From Bacteroidales bacterium (GTDB lineage: Bacteria > Bacteroidota > Bacteroidia > Bacteroidales > UBA932): 64,000 nt of DNA. The notes below the pieces were generated by a model that did not search any database, was not told the DNA's origin, and saw only the letters and a program-made list of their open reading frames with translations. This document shows, piece by piece, positions 32,700-43,670 of this stretch (position 1 is its first letter; each line of letters opens with the position of its first letter). Location of the stretch: the NCBI GenBank assembly GCA_028686425.1, contig JAQUBZ010000001.1, positions 50,536 through 114,535 of the forward strand, written 5' to 3'. The translations under genes were made by a program, and so were the position numbers.

Positions 32700-35600
32700 T
32701 TAAGGGTGCAAAGGTAATATATCTTGCAATAAATGCACAGCCTTTTCTATTTTGTTGACTCCCGATACCTTAATGTACAATTTCTTGTTCTGCTCCGTAA
32801 GCGTATAACGTCTGCCGAATTTCTGAAGATTGTCAAGAACCTGGGTAAAGTCGGAGCTTTGATAGAAAGGAGACATCTGATTGCTCACAAAATAGGCCAA
32901 CATTACATTATTTTTAAGTACAATTCTCTCTATTCCAATCTTTTGCGCTTCTCTGCGCAATCTTACAATGTTGATGAGTTCCCTCAATTGTTCAGGTATG
33001 GGACCGAAGCGGTCAGTCATTTCGGATTCAAATCGGACTATACTGCTCTCATCCGACATTGCATCAAGCTCTTTATAAAGTCTGATTTTCTCGGCCGGAA
33101 TGGATACATATTCATCCGGAATCAATACTTCAAGGTCTGTTTCTATCTGACAATCAATATTTTCCATAAATAATTGAGGGAGAGAGATACTGCTGCGCTT
33201 CTTTTCGATAGTTGTGGAAGAGCCATCTGTCCCCTCCAATGCTCCCGATGCAGTCAATTCGCTCATCGCTTCATTCAGAATCCTCATATATGTTTCAAAT
33301 CCAATGTCGGCTATAAACCCGCTCTGTTCGGCTCCCAACAGGTTACCGGCCCCCCTTATATCCAGATCCTGCATTGCAATATTGAATCCGCTCCCCAAAT
33401 CGGAGAAAGCCTCTATAGCCTTGATTCTTCTTCGAGCATCATCGGTAAGGGTAATAATAGGAGGGATAATCAGATAACAATATGCCTTCACATTTGAACG
33501 CCCTACCCTTCCCCTCAGCTGGTGAAGATCGCTCAATCCGAAATTCTGAGCCTGATTGATAATTATGGTATTGGCATTCGGAATATCTATGCCGTTCTCT
33601 ATAATCGTGGTACTGAGCAATATCTGATAATCTCCATCTATAAAGTCGAGAATCTTCCGCTCAAGAGTCTGCGGATCCATCTGCCCGTGAGCAACACATA
33701 TATTGACATCTGGACAAATCCGCTGAATAATATCCTTTACGGCAAGGATGTCTTCAACTTTATTGTGAAGGAAGAATACCTGCCCTCCCCTCTCAACTTC
33801 CTGATTGATAATATCCGCTATGACATCTTCATCAAAATTGATTACTTCGGTATATACCGGCAGTCTGTTGGGCGGAGGAGTATTTATAATGGAAAGATCC
33901 CTTGCTCCGAGAAGGGAGAATTGAAGCGTCCTCGGAATAGGAGTAGCCGTAAGTGTCAGTGTATCAACCGATAACTTCAATTGTTTGATGGTTTCCTTGG
34001 CACTTACCCCGAATTTCTGTTCTTCGTCTATAATCAGCAGACCCAGGTCTCTGAATTTGATTTTTTTATTGAGAAGTCTGTGTGTTCCGATGATGATGTC
34101 AATCCTGCCGTTCTCTATATTCTGCTGTATCTCCTTGATTTCGTTGGTATTACGCAATCTGCTGATATAATCGACTTTACATGGGAAATTCTTTAATCTC
34201 TCTGAAAATGTGCGATAATGCTGCAGTGCCAGAATAGTTGTCGGAACAAGTACCGCCACCTGCTTGCTGTCACATACCGCCTTAAATGCCGCCCTGATGG
34301 CAACTTCCGTCTTTCCGAATCCCACATCTCCGCAGACAAGTCTGTCCATCGGATGACTGCTCTCCATATCTTCCTTTATGGCTTTTGTCGCTTTCTGCTG
34401 ATCTATGGTATCTTCATACATAAACGAGGACTCAAGTTCGTTCTGCAGATATGAGTCCTCCGAAAATGCAAAGCCTTCGCTCTTCTCTCTCTGAGAATAG
34501 AGCTTTATGAGGTCCTGTGCTATATCCTTTACTTTGTCTTTAGTCTTGGTCTTGAGAGTTTCCCACGCCTTTGTACCCAATTTGTAAATCTTCGGAGCCT
34601 CACCGTCCCTTGATTTGTATTTGGAAATCCTGTGAATACCGTGAATAGATACGAATATTACATCGTTGTCCTTGTAAATCAGCTTAATGGCTTCCTGAAC
34701 CTTTCCGTTGACATTGGTCTTGACCAATCCGCCGTATCTTCCCACACCGTGATTGATGTGAACCACATAATCTCCTATCTGAAAAGCACTTAATTCATTA
34801 ATGGTAAGTCTCTCGCTCCTTGCAACCTCCCTCTTTATCTTTATTTTGTGGTATCTTTCAAATATCTGATGATCAGTATAATAGCAATTTTTTGATACCT
34901 TGTCGATATATCCCTCATGGAGTAGCACCTGCATAAATTCCGGTCTTGCTCCATCCCCTATATCTCTCAATATCTGTTTAAGTCTCAGTGTCTGCGCATC
35001 ATTAGGGCTTAAAATATTAACCTTATAACCCAGCTCCTGCTTCTGTTTTATATCTTGTGAAAGTATTTCAAAATTCTTGTTGAACGTGGGCTGCGGAATC
35101 ACTTCGCAACTATTATTTATTTCATCCCTCAAATCCCACACAACAGCCCCCTCCGGCAAAATATTCCAAAAATCGACATAATCTTTTTTGTCGAAATTGT
35201 CATACAGGTTGGGGAAAATTTCAACACTTTCGACAGGATTGATCGAAAGTTGCGTATTTATGTCGAACTGTTTGATGGATTCTATCTCTTCTCCGAAAAA
35301 ATCTATTCTGTACGGGTGATTGTCCGAATATGAAAATATATCGATAATTCCACCTCTGAGAGCAAATTGTCCGGGTTCGCACACAAAATCGACTTTGACA
35401 AAGTTGAAATTGAACAGCAATTCTTTAATAAAATCGTGAGAAAGTTTGTCGCCCACCGCCATTTTCAGGATGCTTTCCTTTGTTTTGGCCGATTTTAAGA
35501 CTTTTTCCTCAAGAGATTCGGGATATGTAACAATAATAAGGGGAGATTGACAAGAGTTGTGATGTTTGTCAAGCAATTTCGCATCAATGACAAAATTGCC

Positions 35601-35957
35601 CTCTTTTTCGACAGTGTTCCAATCTCTGATTATTCCCTTTCCCTTAAATGAAGCTATTGCAGACAATACGGCAGTGCGTTGAACTTTGGCTGTAGCCTCT
35701 TTCAATTCGCTTCTGTCCTGCGTAGTGGGAAGATAATAAATACACTCTTCCGTAAAAAAATTATCAAAATCACTTGTCAGCAGATAGGCATTCTTCTTGG
35801 TGTCCGCCACAATTACATGCACAGACCTTGTATCGATAGAAGATACCACCGAAGCTATATAGACAGCCTTGGCCGAAATCGTAAAACAATTGATAAATGA
35901 TGCTTTTGTTATATTATTTGATATTTCCACCAAAATCGATTGTTTGGTATAAAGCAT
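32700..35957 (-). CDS. mfd: transcription-repair coupling factor
   Basis: 1085 aa. CarD-like domain (GDYVVHINHGVGRY), SF2 helicase motifs (GDVGFGKTEVA, DEEQKFG), and a TRG region. Confidence 0.95.
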   Translation of the reverse strand: MLYTKQSILVEISNNITKASFINCFTISAKAVYIASVVSSIDTRSVHVIVADTKKNAYLLTSDFDNFFTEECIYYLPTTQDRSELKEATAKVQRTAVLSAIASFKGKGIIRDWNTVEKEGNFVIDAKLLDKHHNSCQSPLIIVTYPESLEEKVLKSAKTKESILKMAVGDKLSHDFIKELLFNFNFVKVDFVCEPGQFALRGGIIDIFSYSDNHPYRIDFFGEEIESIKQFDINTQLSINPVESVEIFPNLYDNFDKKDYVDFWNILPEGAVVWDLRDEINNSCEVIPQPTFNKNFEILSQDIKQKQELGYKVNILSPNDAQTLRLKQILRDIGDGARPEFMQVLLHEGYIDKVSKNCYYTDHQIFERYHKIKIKREVARSERLTINELSAFQIGDYVVHINHGVGRYGGLVKTNVNGKVQEAIKLIYKDNDVIFVSIHGIHRISKYKSRDGEAPKIYKLGTKAWETLKTKTKDKVKDIAQDLIKLYSQREKSEGFAFSEDSYLQNELESSFMYEDTIDQQKATKAIKEDMESSHPMDRLVCGDVGFGKTEVAIRAAFKAVCDSKQVAVLVPTTILALQHYRTFSERLKNFPCKVDYISRLRNTNEIKEIQQNIENGRIDIIIGTHRLLNKKIKFRDLGLLIIDEEQKFGVSAKETIKQLKLSVDTLTLTATPIPRTLQFSLLGARDLSIINTPPPNRLPVYTEVINFDEDVIADIINQEVERGGQVFFLHNKVEDILAVKDIIQRICPDVNICVAHGQMDPQTLERKILDFIDGDYQILLSTTIIENGIDIPNANTIIINQAQNFGLSDLHQLRGRVGRSNVKAYCYLIIPPIITLTDDARRRIKAIEAFSDLGSGFNIAMQDLDIRGAGNLLGAEQSGFIADIGFETYMRILNEAMSELTASGALEGTDGSSTTIEKKRSSISLPQLFMENIDCQIETDLEVLIPDEYVSIPAEKIRLYKELDAMSDESSIVRFESEMTDRFGPIPEQLRELINIVRLRREAQKIGIERIVLKNNVMLAYFVSNQMSPFYQSSDFTQVLDNLQKFGRRYTLTEQNKKLYIKVSGVNKIEKAVHLLQDILPLHP

Positions 35958-37137
35958 TCAGTTCATCCATATTGATTGAACCCTGTTTATACCATTGTTC
36001 TATTTGTTTATCAAATTTGTCAAAAATAATATTTTCCACAGGAGCAAGTCTTTGAATATAACCTGTTCCTTTACAGTTATATAGGAGTGCAAAATTGAAA
36101 TAGTTCCTGCCGTTGCCCCTCTTTATCGGAAATACTTCGGCTCTTCTTTCAAGTGCCTTATCGCACAATACACAATTGTCTGGATTCATATTATCGGCAT
36201 TGCTTCCTCTCTTTACCACCTCTGCAGGAAGTTTGTCACCACTCTTAACAAACAATGGAACAGCCACACTTACAGGAGGATAACCCAATATAGTCCACAT
36301 CGTGGTTAATTCTGGAGCTTCTCCTTTTTTGATTCCCTTTACAACTATTGAAGCAGAAGTGCTTCTTCTCGGAATAAAATCCTGATCAACAAACCATCCG
36401 TTAGGTGTAATTTCCTTATTATCCATCAAATCGATATTTAATAATGAATTATGGAAACTTCTTGATAGAGAGTTGAATATCCATTGAGGGGTAATATCTC
36501 CATGTTCAACTACTCTTCTTAATATAATATTGCTTGCCGTGGTGTATCTTATGTATCCCATACCCTCATTAATGCGGCCCGTATATGAATGATTGGTATA
36601 TACGAGATAGCCTTCAGGAGCTATTTTAGAGTCATTTACATCCACTTTTCTCCATTCGGTATTATTCACTTCATAGTAGGCAGCTCCACCTTCGGCATCT
36701 ATAACTCCGAAATTGGCCTCGACACCCAACGGACGTTTCATCTTATCGAGCAATTTTTCAAAGTCTCTGAGTGTCTTGCAGCATGCCAATGCCTGAAACA
36801 TCACCTCTCCCTCCCTGTCGGCTGCTTTATCTTCATCTTCTTTAAGATTGTAAGATGCCGTATTCATTATCGAAAATCCCGTCTCATTGGTTCCCGTCCA
36901 TGCTTCTCCATATTGTACAGGACTGTTAACCAATGCAATAAAGGCATATTTTATATCTTTGGATCTGCCAAAATATTCTATTCTGTTGTTTAATTCACCT
37001 GTATCTCTGTGTTTCCATAACAAAGGTCTTCCGTCAGGGGTAACTTTACCTGTAAAAATTGCAGATGTACATGCTCTCGAATAATCGGCAGGAATAAACA
37101 ATAACAGAGCCACTACGGCCAATAATAATTTCTTCAT
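35914..37137 (-). CDS. secreted Ntn-hydrolase (C45/choloylglycine-hydrolase-like)
   Basis: 407 aa. A signal peptide is followed directly by Cys (..SRA-CTSAIFTGKVTPDGRPLLWKHRDT), the pattern of N-terminal-nucleophile Cys hydrolases. The family assignment is tentative. Confidence 0.5.
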   Translation of the reverse strand: MKKLLLAVVALLLFIPADYSRACTSAIFTGKVTPDGRPLLWKHRDTGELNNRIEYFGRSKDIKYAFIALVNSPVQYGEAWTGTNETGFSIMNTASYNLKEDEDKAADREGEVMFQALACCKTLRDFEKLLDKMKRPLGVEANFGVIDAEGGAAYYEVNNTEWRKVDVNDSKIAPEGYLVYTNHSYTGRINEGMGYIRYTTASNIILRRVVEHGDITPQWIFNSLSRSFHNSLLNIDLMDNKEITPNGWFVDQDFIPRRSTSASIVVKGIKKGEAPELTTMWTILGYPPVSVAVPLFVKSGDKLPAEVVKRGSNADNMNPDNCVLCDKALERRAEVFPIKRGNGRNYFNFALLYNCKGTGYIQRLAPVENIIFDKFDKQIEQWYKQGSINMDELNALYQTIDFGGNIK

Positions 37138-37156
37138 AATAATAAATTGTTATAAA

Positions 37157-38188
37157 TCAGGAAAATAAGTCATTATTTTTATATCTTTTCAAACCAAGAT
37201 GCTTATATGCAAGGTCTGTAACCTCTCTACCTCTCGGAGTTCGATGAATAAAACCCTCTTTTATAAGGAAAGGTTCATAAACCTCCTCCAAAGTACCTAC
37301 ATCTTCACTTATGGCAGTCGCAATGGTACTTGCCCCCACAGGACCTCCCTTAAATTTCTCAATAATAGTGGAAAGTATCTTATTATCAATCGAATCAAGA
37401 CCTCTTTTATCAATATTCAGAGCATTGAGGGCTATTTCGGCTATATCAATATCAATAATACCGGTACCTTTAACCTGGGCGAAATCCCTTACCCTTCTCA
37501 ATAACGAATTGGCTATACGAGGCGTTCCGCGACTTCTACATGCGATTTCAAGGGCAGCCTGATCTTTTATTTCAATATTCAATATATCCGCACTTCTTTT
37601 GATGATTTTAAGCAATACATCCGAATCATAATATTCGAGATGGGCCTGTATTCCGAAACGAGCCCTTAAAGGAGAGGTCAGGAGACCACTTCTTGTGGTG
37701 GCACCTATCAATGTAAAAGGATTGAGAGAAATCTGTACGGAACGAGCACCGGGGCCTTTATCTATCATTATATCAATGGTATAATCTTCCATTGCAGAAT
37801 ACAGATACTCCTCCACGACAGGAGAAAGTCTGTGAATCTCATCAATAAACAGTACATCACCCTCTTCAAGAGAAGTCAAAAGACCTGCGAGATCTCCCGG
37901 CTTGTCGAGCACCGGACCGGAAGTAATCTTCATATTGACACCAAGCTCATTAGCCACTATATAAGCCAGAGTGGTCTTACCCAATCCGGGAGGGCCGTGA
38001 AGCAAAATATGATCCAAAGCCTCACCACGGAGCAAAGCGGCCTTCACGAAAATCTTTAAATTTTCGATAACCTTGTCCTGACCCGAAAAATCGGAAAACT
38101 CCTTAGGACGAATCTGCTGATCAACATCCTTCTCCTTAAGCTGAGTCTCCACCCTCGGATCAAATTGAATATCTTTCTCTTTGGACAT
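37157..38188 (-). CDS. ruvB: Holliday junction branch migration DNA helicase RuvB
   Basis: 343 aa. Walker [10 protein letters not shown], Walker B LFIDEIHR, sensor motifs, and a RuvB C-terminal wHTH. Confidence 0.97.
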   Translation of the reverse strand: MSKEKDIQFDPRVETQLKEKDVDQQIRPKEFSDFSGQDKVIENLKIFVKAALLRGEALDHILLHGPPGLGKTTLAYIVANELGVNMKITSGPVLDKPGDLAGLLTSLEEGDVLFIDEIHRLSPVVEEYLYSAMEDYTIDIMIDKGPGARSVQISLNPFTLIGATTRSGLLTSPLRARFGIQAHLEYYDSDVLLKIIKRSADILNIEIKDQAALEIACRSRGTPRIANSLLRRVRDFAQVKGTGIIDIDIAEIALNALNIDKRGLDSIDNKILSTIIEKFKGGPVGASTIATAISEDVGTLEEVYEPFLIKEGFIHRTPRGREVTDLAYKHLGLKRYKNNDLFS

Positions 38189-38316
38189 ATCTAAAAGGTA
38201 TTAACAACACAAATATAAATAATATTAAAATTTTAAATATTTATTTCTTTATTTTTAGAGGTGTTGATAATGTTAATAAGTTTAAAAAAATTATTTATCA
38301 ATATTTTATTAACATA

Positions 38317-38351
38317 AAATAAACACTCCCGAAGTATTGAAGTGTTTATTT
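38317..38351. terminator. AT-rich hairpin in the frdB-ruvB intergenic region (possible terminator)
   Basis: AAATAAACACT-N13-AGTGTTTATTT, an 11-bp stem about 210 nt past the frdB stop. Confidence 0.3.
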
Positions 38352-38562
38352 TAATGTTTAAATTCAGAGCTTTACAATAAATGAGTATTTTAGTTGTTGA
38401 TAACTGTCTATATTTTTTAAATAAACTTTCAACATCACCTATTGTTAATAAAGTTATGATAAAAAATGTAAAAGTCGATTTGTACTTTTCAATAATATTA
38501 TTAAGTGAAAAAAGTTATCAAAAACATTCAACAAAATATCAACACTAAATAAACAGATATTG

Positions 38563-39372
38563 TTAATCTTTCAACTTGGCAGACAAAAATTCCCTGTTAA
38601 GTCTTGCAATATGCGAAACTTTTATACCCTTAGGACATTCCATCTCGCAAGCTCTTGTATTAGTGCAAGATCCGAAACCAAGTTCGTCCATTTTGGCAAC
38701 CATGGCCTTTGCTCTTTTAGCACCCTCTATCTTACCTTGAGGTAATAAAGCGAGAGAACTTACGCGGGCGGCAACGAACAACATTGCAGAACCGTTCTTG
38801 CAAGTGGCCACACAGGCACCACAACCTACACAGGCAGCGGCATCCATACTTTCATCAGCATTTTCCTTTTTGATAGGAATGGCATTTGCATCGGGAACAC
38901 CACCTGTATTGACAGAAATGAACCCACCTGCCTGAAGTATCTTATCAAATGCACCTCTGTCAACAACAAGGTCCTTTATAACAGGAAAACCTTTACTTCT
39001 CCAAGGCTCGATGGTAATAGTATCTCCATCTTTAAACTTGCGCATGTGGAGCTGACAAGTGGTAATATCGTTGTCCGGTCCGTGTGCACGACCATCAATA
39101 TATAGAGAACACATACCGCAGATACCTTCCCTGCAATCGTGGTCAAATGCGACAGGTCCGCTATGAGTAGTGCCGTCGAGACCCACTACGCCTCCCCTGC
39201 AACCTTTATTAATAGCGACAGGCTCTTTACATTCGTTGATAAGTTGCTCATTCAGAATATCCATCATTTCAAGAAATGAGGAGTCCGGAGATATGTTGTT
39301 TACTTTGTAAGTTTCAAAATGACCTTTGCTTTTAGCATCTTTCTGACGCCATACTTTTAATGTTAAATCCAT
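38563..39372 (-). CDS. frdB: fumarate reductase/succinate dehydrogenase iron-sulfur subunit
   Basis: 269 aa. Cys clusters [20 protein letters not shown] and [12 protein letters not shown]. Contains an extra 22-codon segment just before the first cluster. Confidence 0.93.
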   Translation of the reverse strand: MDLTLKVWRQKDAKSKGHFETYKVNNISPDSSFLEMMDILNEQLINECKEPVAINKGCRGGVVGLDGTTHSGPVAFDHDCREGICGMCSLYIDGRAHGPDNDITTCQLHMRKFKDGDTITIEPWRSKGFPVIKDLVVDRGAFDKILQAGGFISVNTGGVPDANAIPIKKENADESMDAAACVGCGACVATCKNGSAMLFVAARVSSLALLPQGKIEGAKRAKAMVAKMDELGFGSCTNTRACEMECPKGIKVSHIARLNREFLSAKLKD

Positions 39373-39383
39373 GATAATCCTCC

Positions 39384-41327
39384 TTAATCTTTATAGTTAC
39401 GGGTAGCAACTTTTGCAAATTCAAATTTCAAAGGCTCTTTATGCAATTCAGGTTCCTGAGAGTCACCTTTATACTCCCATGCGCTTACATACATATAGTT
39501 GTCGTCATCACGCTTGGTTTCGCCCTCTTCGGTCTGCATCTCTTCACGGAAGTGGCCGCCGCAAGATTCTTTGCGGTTGAGAGCATCTCTCGTCATGAGT
39601 TCACCTATTTCCATAAAATCTGCAACTCTGACCGCTTTTTCCAATTCCTGATTAAATTCGTTGTTCTCTCCCGGTACAAATACATCTTTCCAAAACTCTT
39701 CTTTAAGAGCTTTGATTTCTTCAATAGCCTTCTTCAAACCCTCTTCATTGCGGGCCATACCTACATATTCCCACATGATGTGTCCGAGCTGCTTGTGGAA
39801 AGTATCGACACTCTTTGTCCCTTTTATTGAGAATACCTTATTGATACGCTCCTGAATATTCTTTTCAGCCTCTTCAAAAGCAGGATTATTAATATCAGTC
39901 TTAGGCTCCTGAATCTTACCTGCAAGATAATCACCTATAGTATAAGGAAGTATGAAATATCCGTCTGCAAGACCCTGCATCAGTGCAGAAGCTCCCAAAC
40001 GGTTTCCGCCGTGGTCTGAGAAGTTGGCTTCACCTATGGCATACAACCCCGGAATTGTGGTCTGAAGATTATAATCAACCCATATACCTCCCATGGTGTA
40101 GTGAATGGCAGGATATATCATCATAGGCTCCTTATAAGGATCGACATCTGTGATTTTCTGATACATCTGGAACAAATTACCGTATTTTTCGGTAATCTTG
40201 TCTTTACCCAACCTTTCTATAGCACTCTGAAAATCAAGGAAAACAGCTTTTCCCGTATTATTTACTCCATAACCTGCATCACAACGCTCTTTAGCGGCAC
40301 GCGAAGCGACATCGCGAGGTACAAGATTACCGAAAGCCGGGTATCTTCTTTCGAGATAATAATCTCTGTCCTGTTCAGGAATCTGAGAGCCTTTAATCGT
40401 CCCTTTACGGAGCTTTTCTACATCTTCCTTCTTCTTCGGAACCCATATACGTCCGTCATTTCTCAAAGATTCGGACATAAGGGTCAGTTTGGACTGCTGA
40501 TCTCCGTGTACAGGAATACATGTAGGGTGAATCTGTGCAAAACAAGGATTTGCGAAGAAAGCACCTTTCTTGTAGCATTGCCAAACTGCCGAACCGTTGC
40601 TGTTCATCGCATTGGTCGAAAGAAAATATGTATTACCGTAACCGCCTGATGCCAGAACGACAGCGTGAGCTCCGTGTCTTTCAATCTTACCTGTTACCAG
40701 ATTACGGGCTATAATACCTTTGGCTTCACCATTAATCATCACCAAATCAAGCATTTCATGCCTTGGATATGATTTAACAGAGCCTTTTGCTATCTGACGG
40801 TTGAGGGCTGCATAAGCGCCGAGCAACAATTGCTGACCGGTCTGTCCGCGGGCATAGAAAGTTCTCGATACCTGTGCTCCTCCAAAAGAGCGGTTGTCGA
40901 GTAATCCGCCGTAATCTCTTGCAAAAGGAACCCCTTGCGCCACGCACTGATCGATAATATTATTGCTGACTTCGGCAAGACGATATACATTGGCTTCCCT
41001 GCTGCGATAGTCTCCACCTTTAATAGTATCGTAAAATAGACGATATACGGAATCGTTATCGTTTTGATAGTTTTTGGCAGCGTTAATACCACCTTGTGCC
41101 GCAATCGAGTGGGCACGGCGAGGTGAATCGCTGATGCAGAATACCTTTACATTATATCCAAGTTCGCCTAATGATGCAGCTGCAGAAGCTCCACCAAGTC
41201 CTGTCCCAATGACGATTATTTCTAATTTTCTCTTATTGGCAGGACTGACTACCTTGATATGGGACTTGTGTTCTGTCCATTTCTGCTGAAGTGGTCCATC
41301 CGGAACGTGTGAAATTAATTTAGTCAT
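39384..41327 (-). CDS. frdA: fumarate reductase/succinate dehydrogenase flavoprotein subunit
   Basis: 647 aa. FAD-binding [13 protein letters not shown], the covalent-FAD region [18 protein letters not shown], and a C-terminal helical domain. Confidence 0.95.
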   Translation of the reverse strand: MTKLISHVPDGPLQQKWTEHKSHIKVVSPANKRKLEIIVIGTGLGGASAAASLGELGYNVKVFCISDSPRRAHSIAAQGGINAAKNYQNDNDSVYRLFYDTIKGGDYRSREANVYRLAEVSNNIIDQCVAQGVPFARDYGGLLDNRSFGGAQVSRTFYARGQTGQQLLLGAYAALNRQIAKGSVKSYPRHEMLDLVMINGEAKGIIARNLVTGKIERHGAHAVVLASGGYGNTYFLSTNAMNSNGSAVWQCYKKGAFFANPCFAQIHPTCIPVHGDQQSKLTLMSESLRNDGRIWVPKKKEDVEKLRKGTIKGSQIPEQDRDYYLERRYPAFGNLVPRDVASRAAKERCDAGYGVNNTGKAVFLDFQSAIERLGKDKITEKYGNLFQMYQKITDVDPYKEPMMIYPAIHYTMGGIWVDYNLQTTIPGLYAIGEANFSDHGGNRLGASALMQGLADGYFILPYTIGDYLAGKIQEPKTDINNPAFEEAEKNIQERINKVFSIKGTKSVDTFHKQLGHIMWEYVGMARNEEGLKKAIEEIKALKEEFWKDVFVPGENNEFNQELEKAVRVADFMEIGELMTRDALNRKESCGGHFREEMQTEEGETKRDDDNYMYVSAWEYKGDSQEPELHKEPLKFEFAKVATRNYKD

Positions 41328-41447
41328 ATATTCTTGTAATTAATTCTTTATGAATAATAGTGAATTGCAAATATCACACATTTTTCTCAAAAAACAGAGA
41401 TAATTATAATTATTTGTAACTTTACCCATTATTTAAAAAGGATTTTT

Positions 41448-43670
41448 ATGAAAAAACTCACCACTACAATTCTGATCGTATTATTTTGTGCAGTTACAAA
41501 TGCAGTAATGGGTAACAACGTCAAACCTGTCAATTTCATCCCTCTGCCGCAAGAGGTGACGTATAATGACGGTACATTTCTGATGGACAATCAGTTAGTA
41601 TTATGTACCGCAAATGCGGACAAATTCAATATAGGTTATCTCGCCAAACATCTCAACAGGGTGTTTGACTTTACAGTATCTCAATCGTCCAAAACGAGTG
41701 GAACCAATTATATTCGCTTTGTCAGAGAAAGCTCAATGGGAGATGAAGAATATAGGTTAGTGGTTGATAATAAGGGTATTACCATTACCTCCAAGACAAA
41801 AGCGGGTGAATTTTACGCCATTCAGACACTATTGCAGATGATGCCGGCAGAAATATATGCCCCTCTTGAAGGTCCTAATCGTATGTTGCTCAAACAATGG
41901 ACTTTACCTCAAATTAAAATATCCGATTTTCCAAGATTTGTGTATAGAGGCAACATGTTGGATGTATCGAGAACATTTTTTGACAAACAATATATTTTGA
42001 GACATATAGATTGGCTTGCATACCATAAAATAAATAAATTTCATATTCACCTTGCTGACGATAACGGTTGGAGAGTTGAGATTAAGAAATATCCTCTCCT
42101 GACAGAGAGAGGTGCATGGAGAGGATATGGAGAAGCGCTCGTACCTTCATTCAATTCCGGAAAAGCAAGATACGGCGGTTTTTATACTCAAGACGATATA
42201 AGAGAGATGGTTGCATACGCTGCGGAGCGCAACATCGAAATTATTCCCGAAATAGACCTGCCTGGTCACTCCAAATCGGTGACATCCACCTACCCGGAAG
42301 TTTTATGCAAGACTTCTGCCGAATTTTTAAGCGTGCAGGGTGAGGGGAAAAATGTATTTTGCGTTGGAAATGAAGCCAATTACAAGATGCTCGACAACAT
42401 TATGAAAGAGATTTCCAAACTGTTTCCGAGTGAATACATCCATATAGGAGGAGATGAAGTTCAAATGAAAGCATGGAAAGAGTGTCCTGATTGTCAGGCG
42501 CTTATGCAAAAAGAGGGGATGACTGACGAGAAACAGCTGCTCGGCTATTTTGTGGGGAGAATGGAAAAAATACTCCAAAAATACGGTAAGAAACTTGCAG
42601 GATGGGATGAGATAGTAGAAGACAACGAACTTCAGCCAGACAGCAGAGTATATGCGTGGAGAAGAATGAACGTTGCTTTAGCTGCAATTCAGAAAGGGAG
42701 ACCTACCGTTACACAAATAGGAGAATACTGCTACATAGATATGAAATATTCCCCTATCGAAAGAGGGCACAATTGGGCTGGAATAGTTTCCCTTGAAAAG
42801 ATGTATTCATTCGACCCGATAGGATCATTCAACCTCTCAAAAGAGCAGGAAAAACTTATCATCGGACCACAGGCGGGACTATGGGCCGAAATGTTGATAT
42901 TTCCACCTCATTTCTCCGAATATCAACTATATCCGAGACTATGTATCCTCTCTGAAATAGGATGGACATTGCAGGATAAGAGGGATTTCAAAGATTTTGA
43001 GAATAGATTGACACTCTCTCATTATGAAAGATTATACGACATGGGGATTGCTTTCAGACTGCCGTATCCTACGGTGACATACCAAAACAACACAATAGAT
43101 GTTGAAGCCCCTGCTCCATCACTTGTAGTGAGATATACCATGGATAAGAGCGAACCTACAATCAACTCACCTGTTTTCAGCGGAAAGATTATTACCGATA
43201 CACCTCAGAATTTCAGGTTTGCCACATTTTTTGCAACAAACAAGAGTATAACGGTACCTGTTCCCGATGTAGAGGTATATATGACCCCCGAAGTAAAGGT
43301 CACCACATCATTGAAAGCCAATAAATACACCAATACCACAACATTGGAGGATTGGGATTTCGGCACATATTTCAGGACAGCCGATGCTCCCGTAAAAGGC
43401 GACTGGCTGATGTTTACGTTTACCGAACCGGTTAAGTGTCAGACTATCAAAGTAAATACCAATATTCCCGTAACTCAGTTCTGGGGAGTCACGGACGGCC
43501 ACGTAGAATATAGTTATGACGGCATTAACTTTATTGATGCAGGACAATTCGACATACATAACAGTGTTACAATAGAACATATATCCGCCGAAGTCAAAGC
43601 AGTAAGGATATTGATAGACGGAAGCGGAGAAGAAAAAGCAATTGCTATTCAAGATTTGAGGATACAATAA
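41448..43670 (+). CDS. beta-N-acetylhexosaminidase (GH20) with a C-terminal discoidin-like domain
   Basis: 740 aa with a signal peptide. GH20 catalytic region (HIHLADDNGWR, IPEIDLPGH, HIGGDEV). Confidence 0.9.
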   Translation: MKKLTTTILIVLFCAVTNAVMGNNVKPVNFIPLPQEVTYNDGTFLMDNQLVLCTANADKFNIGYLAKHLNRVFDFTVSQSSKTSGTNYIRFVRESSMGDEEYRLVVDNKGITITSKTKAGEFYAIQTLLQMMPAEIYAPLEGPNRMLLKQWTLPQIKISDFPRFVYRGNMLDVSRTFFDKQYILRHIDWLAYHKINKFHIHLADDNGWRVEIKKYPLLTERGAWRGYGEALVPSFNSGKARYGGFYTQDDIREMVAYAAERNIEIIPEIDLPGHSKSVTSTYPEVLCKTSAEFLSVQGEGKNVFCVGNEANYKMLDNIMKEISKLFPSEYIHIGGDEVQMKAWKECPDCQALMQKEGMTDEKQLLGYFVGRMEKILQKYGKKLAGWDEIVEDNELQPDSRVYAWRRMNVALAAIQKGRPTVTQIGEYCYIDMKYSPIERGHNWAGIVSLEKMYSFDPIGSFNLSKEQEKLIIGPQAGLWAEMLIFPPHFSEYQLYPRLCILSEIGWTLQDKRDFKDFENRLTLSHYERLYDMGIAFRLPYPTVTYQNNTIDVEAPAPSLVVRYTMDKSEPTINSPVFSGKIITDTPQNFRFATFFATNKSITVPVPDVEVYMTPEVKVTTSLKANKYTNTTTLEDWDFGTYFRTADAPVKGDWLMFTFTEPVKCQTIKVNTNIPVTQFWGVTDGHVEYSYDGINFIDAGQFDIHNSVTIEHISAEVKAVRILIDGSGEEKAIAIQDLRIQ

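Noticed and set aside
40101-40649. 182-aa ORF on the + strand
   Set aside because: Antisense shadow inside frdA.
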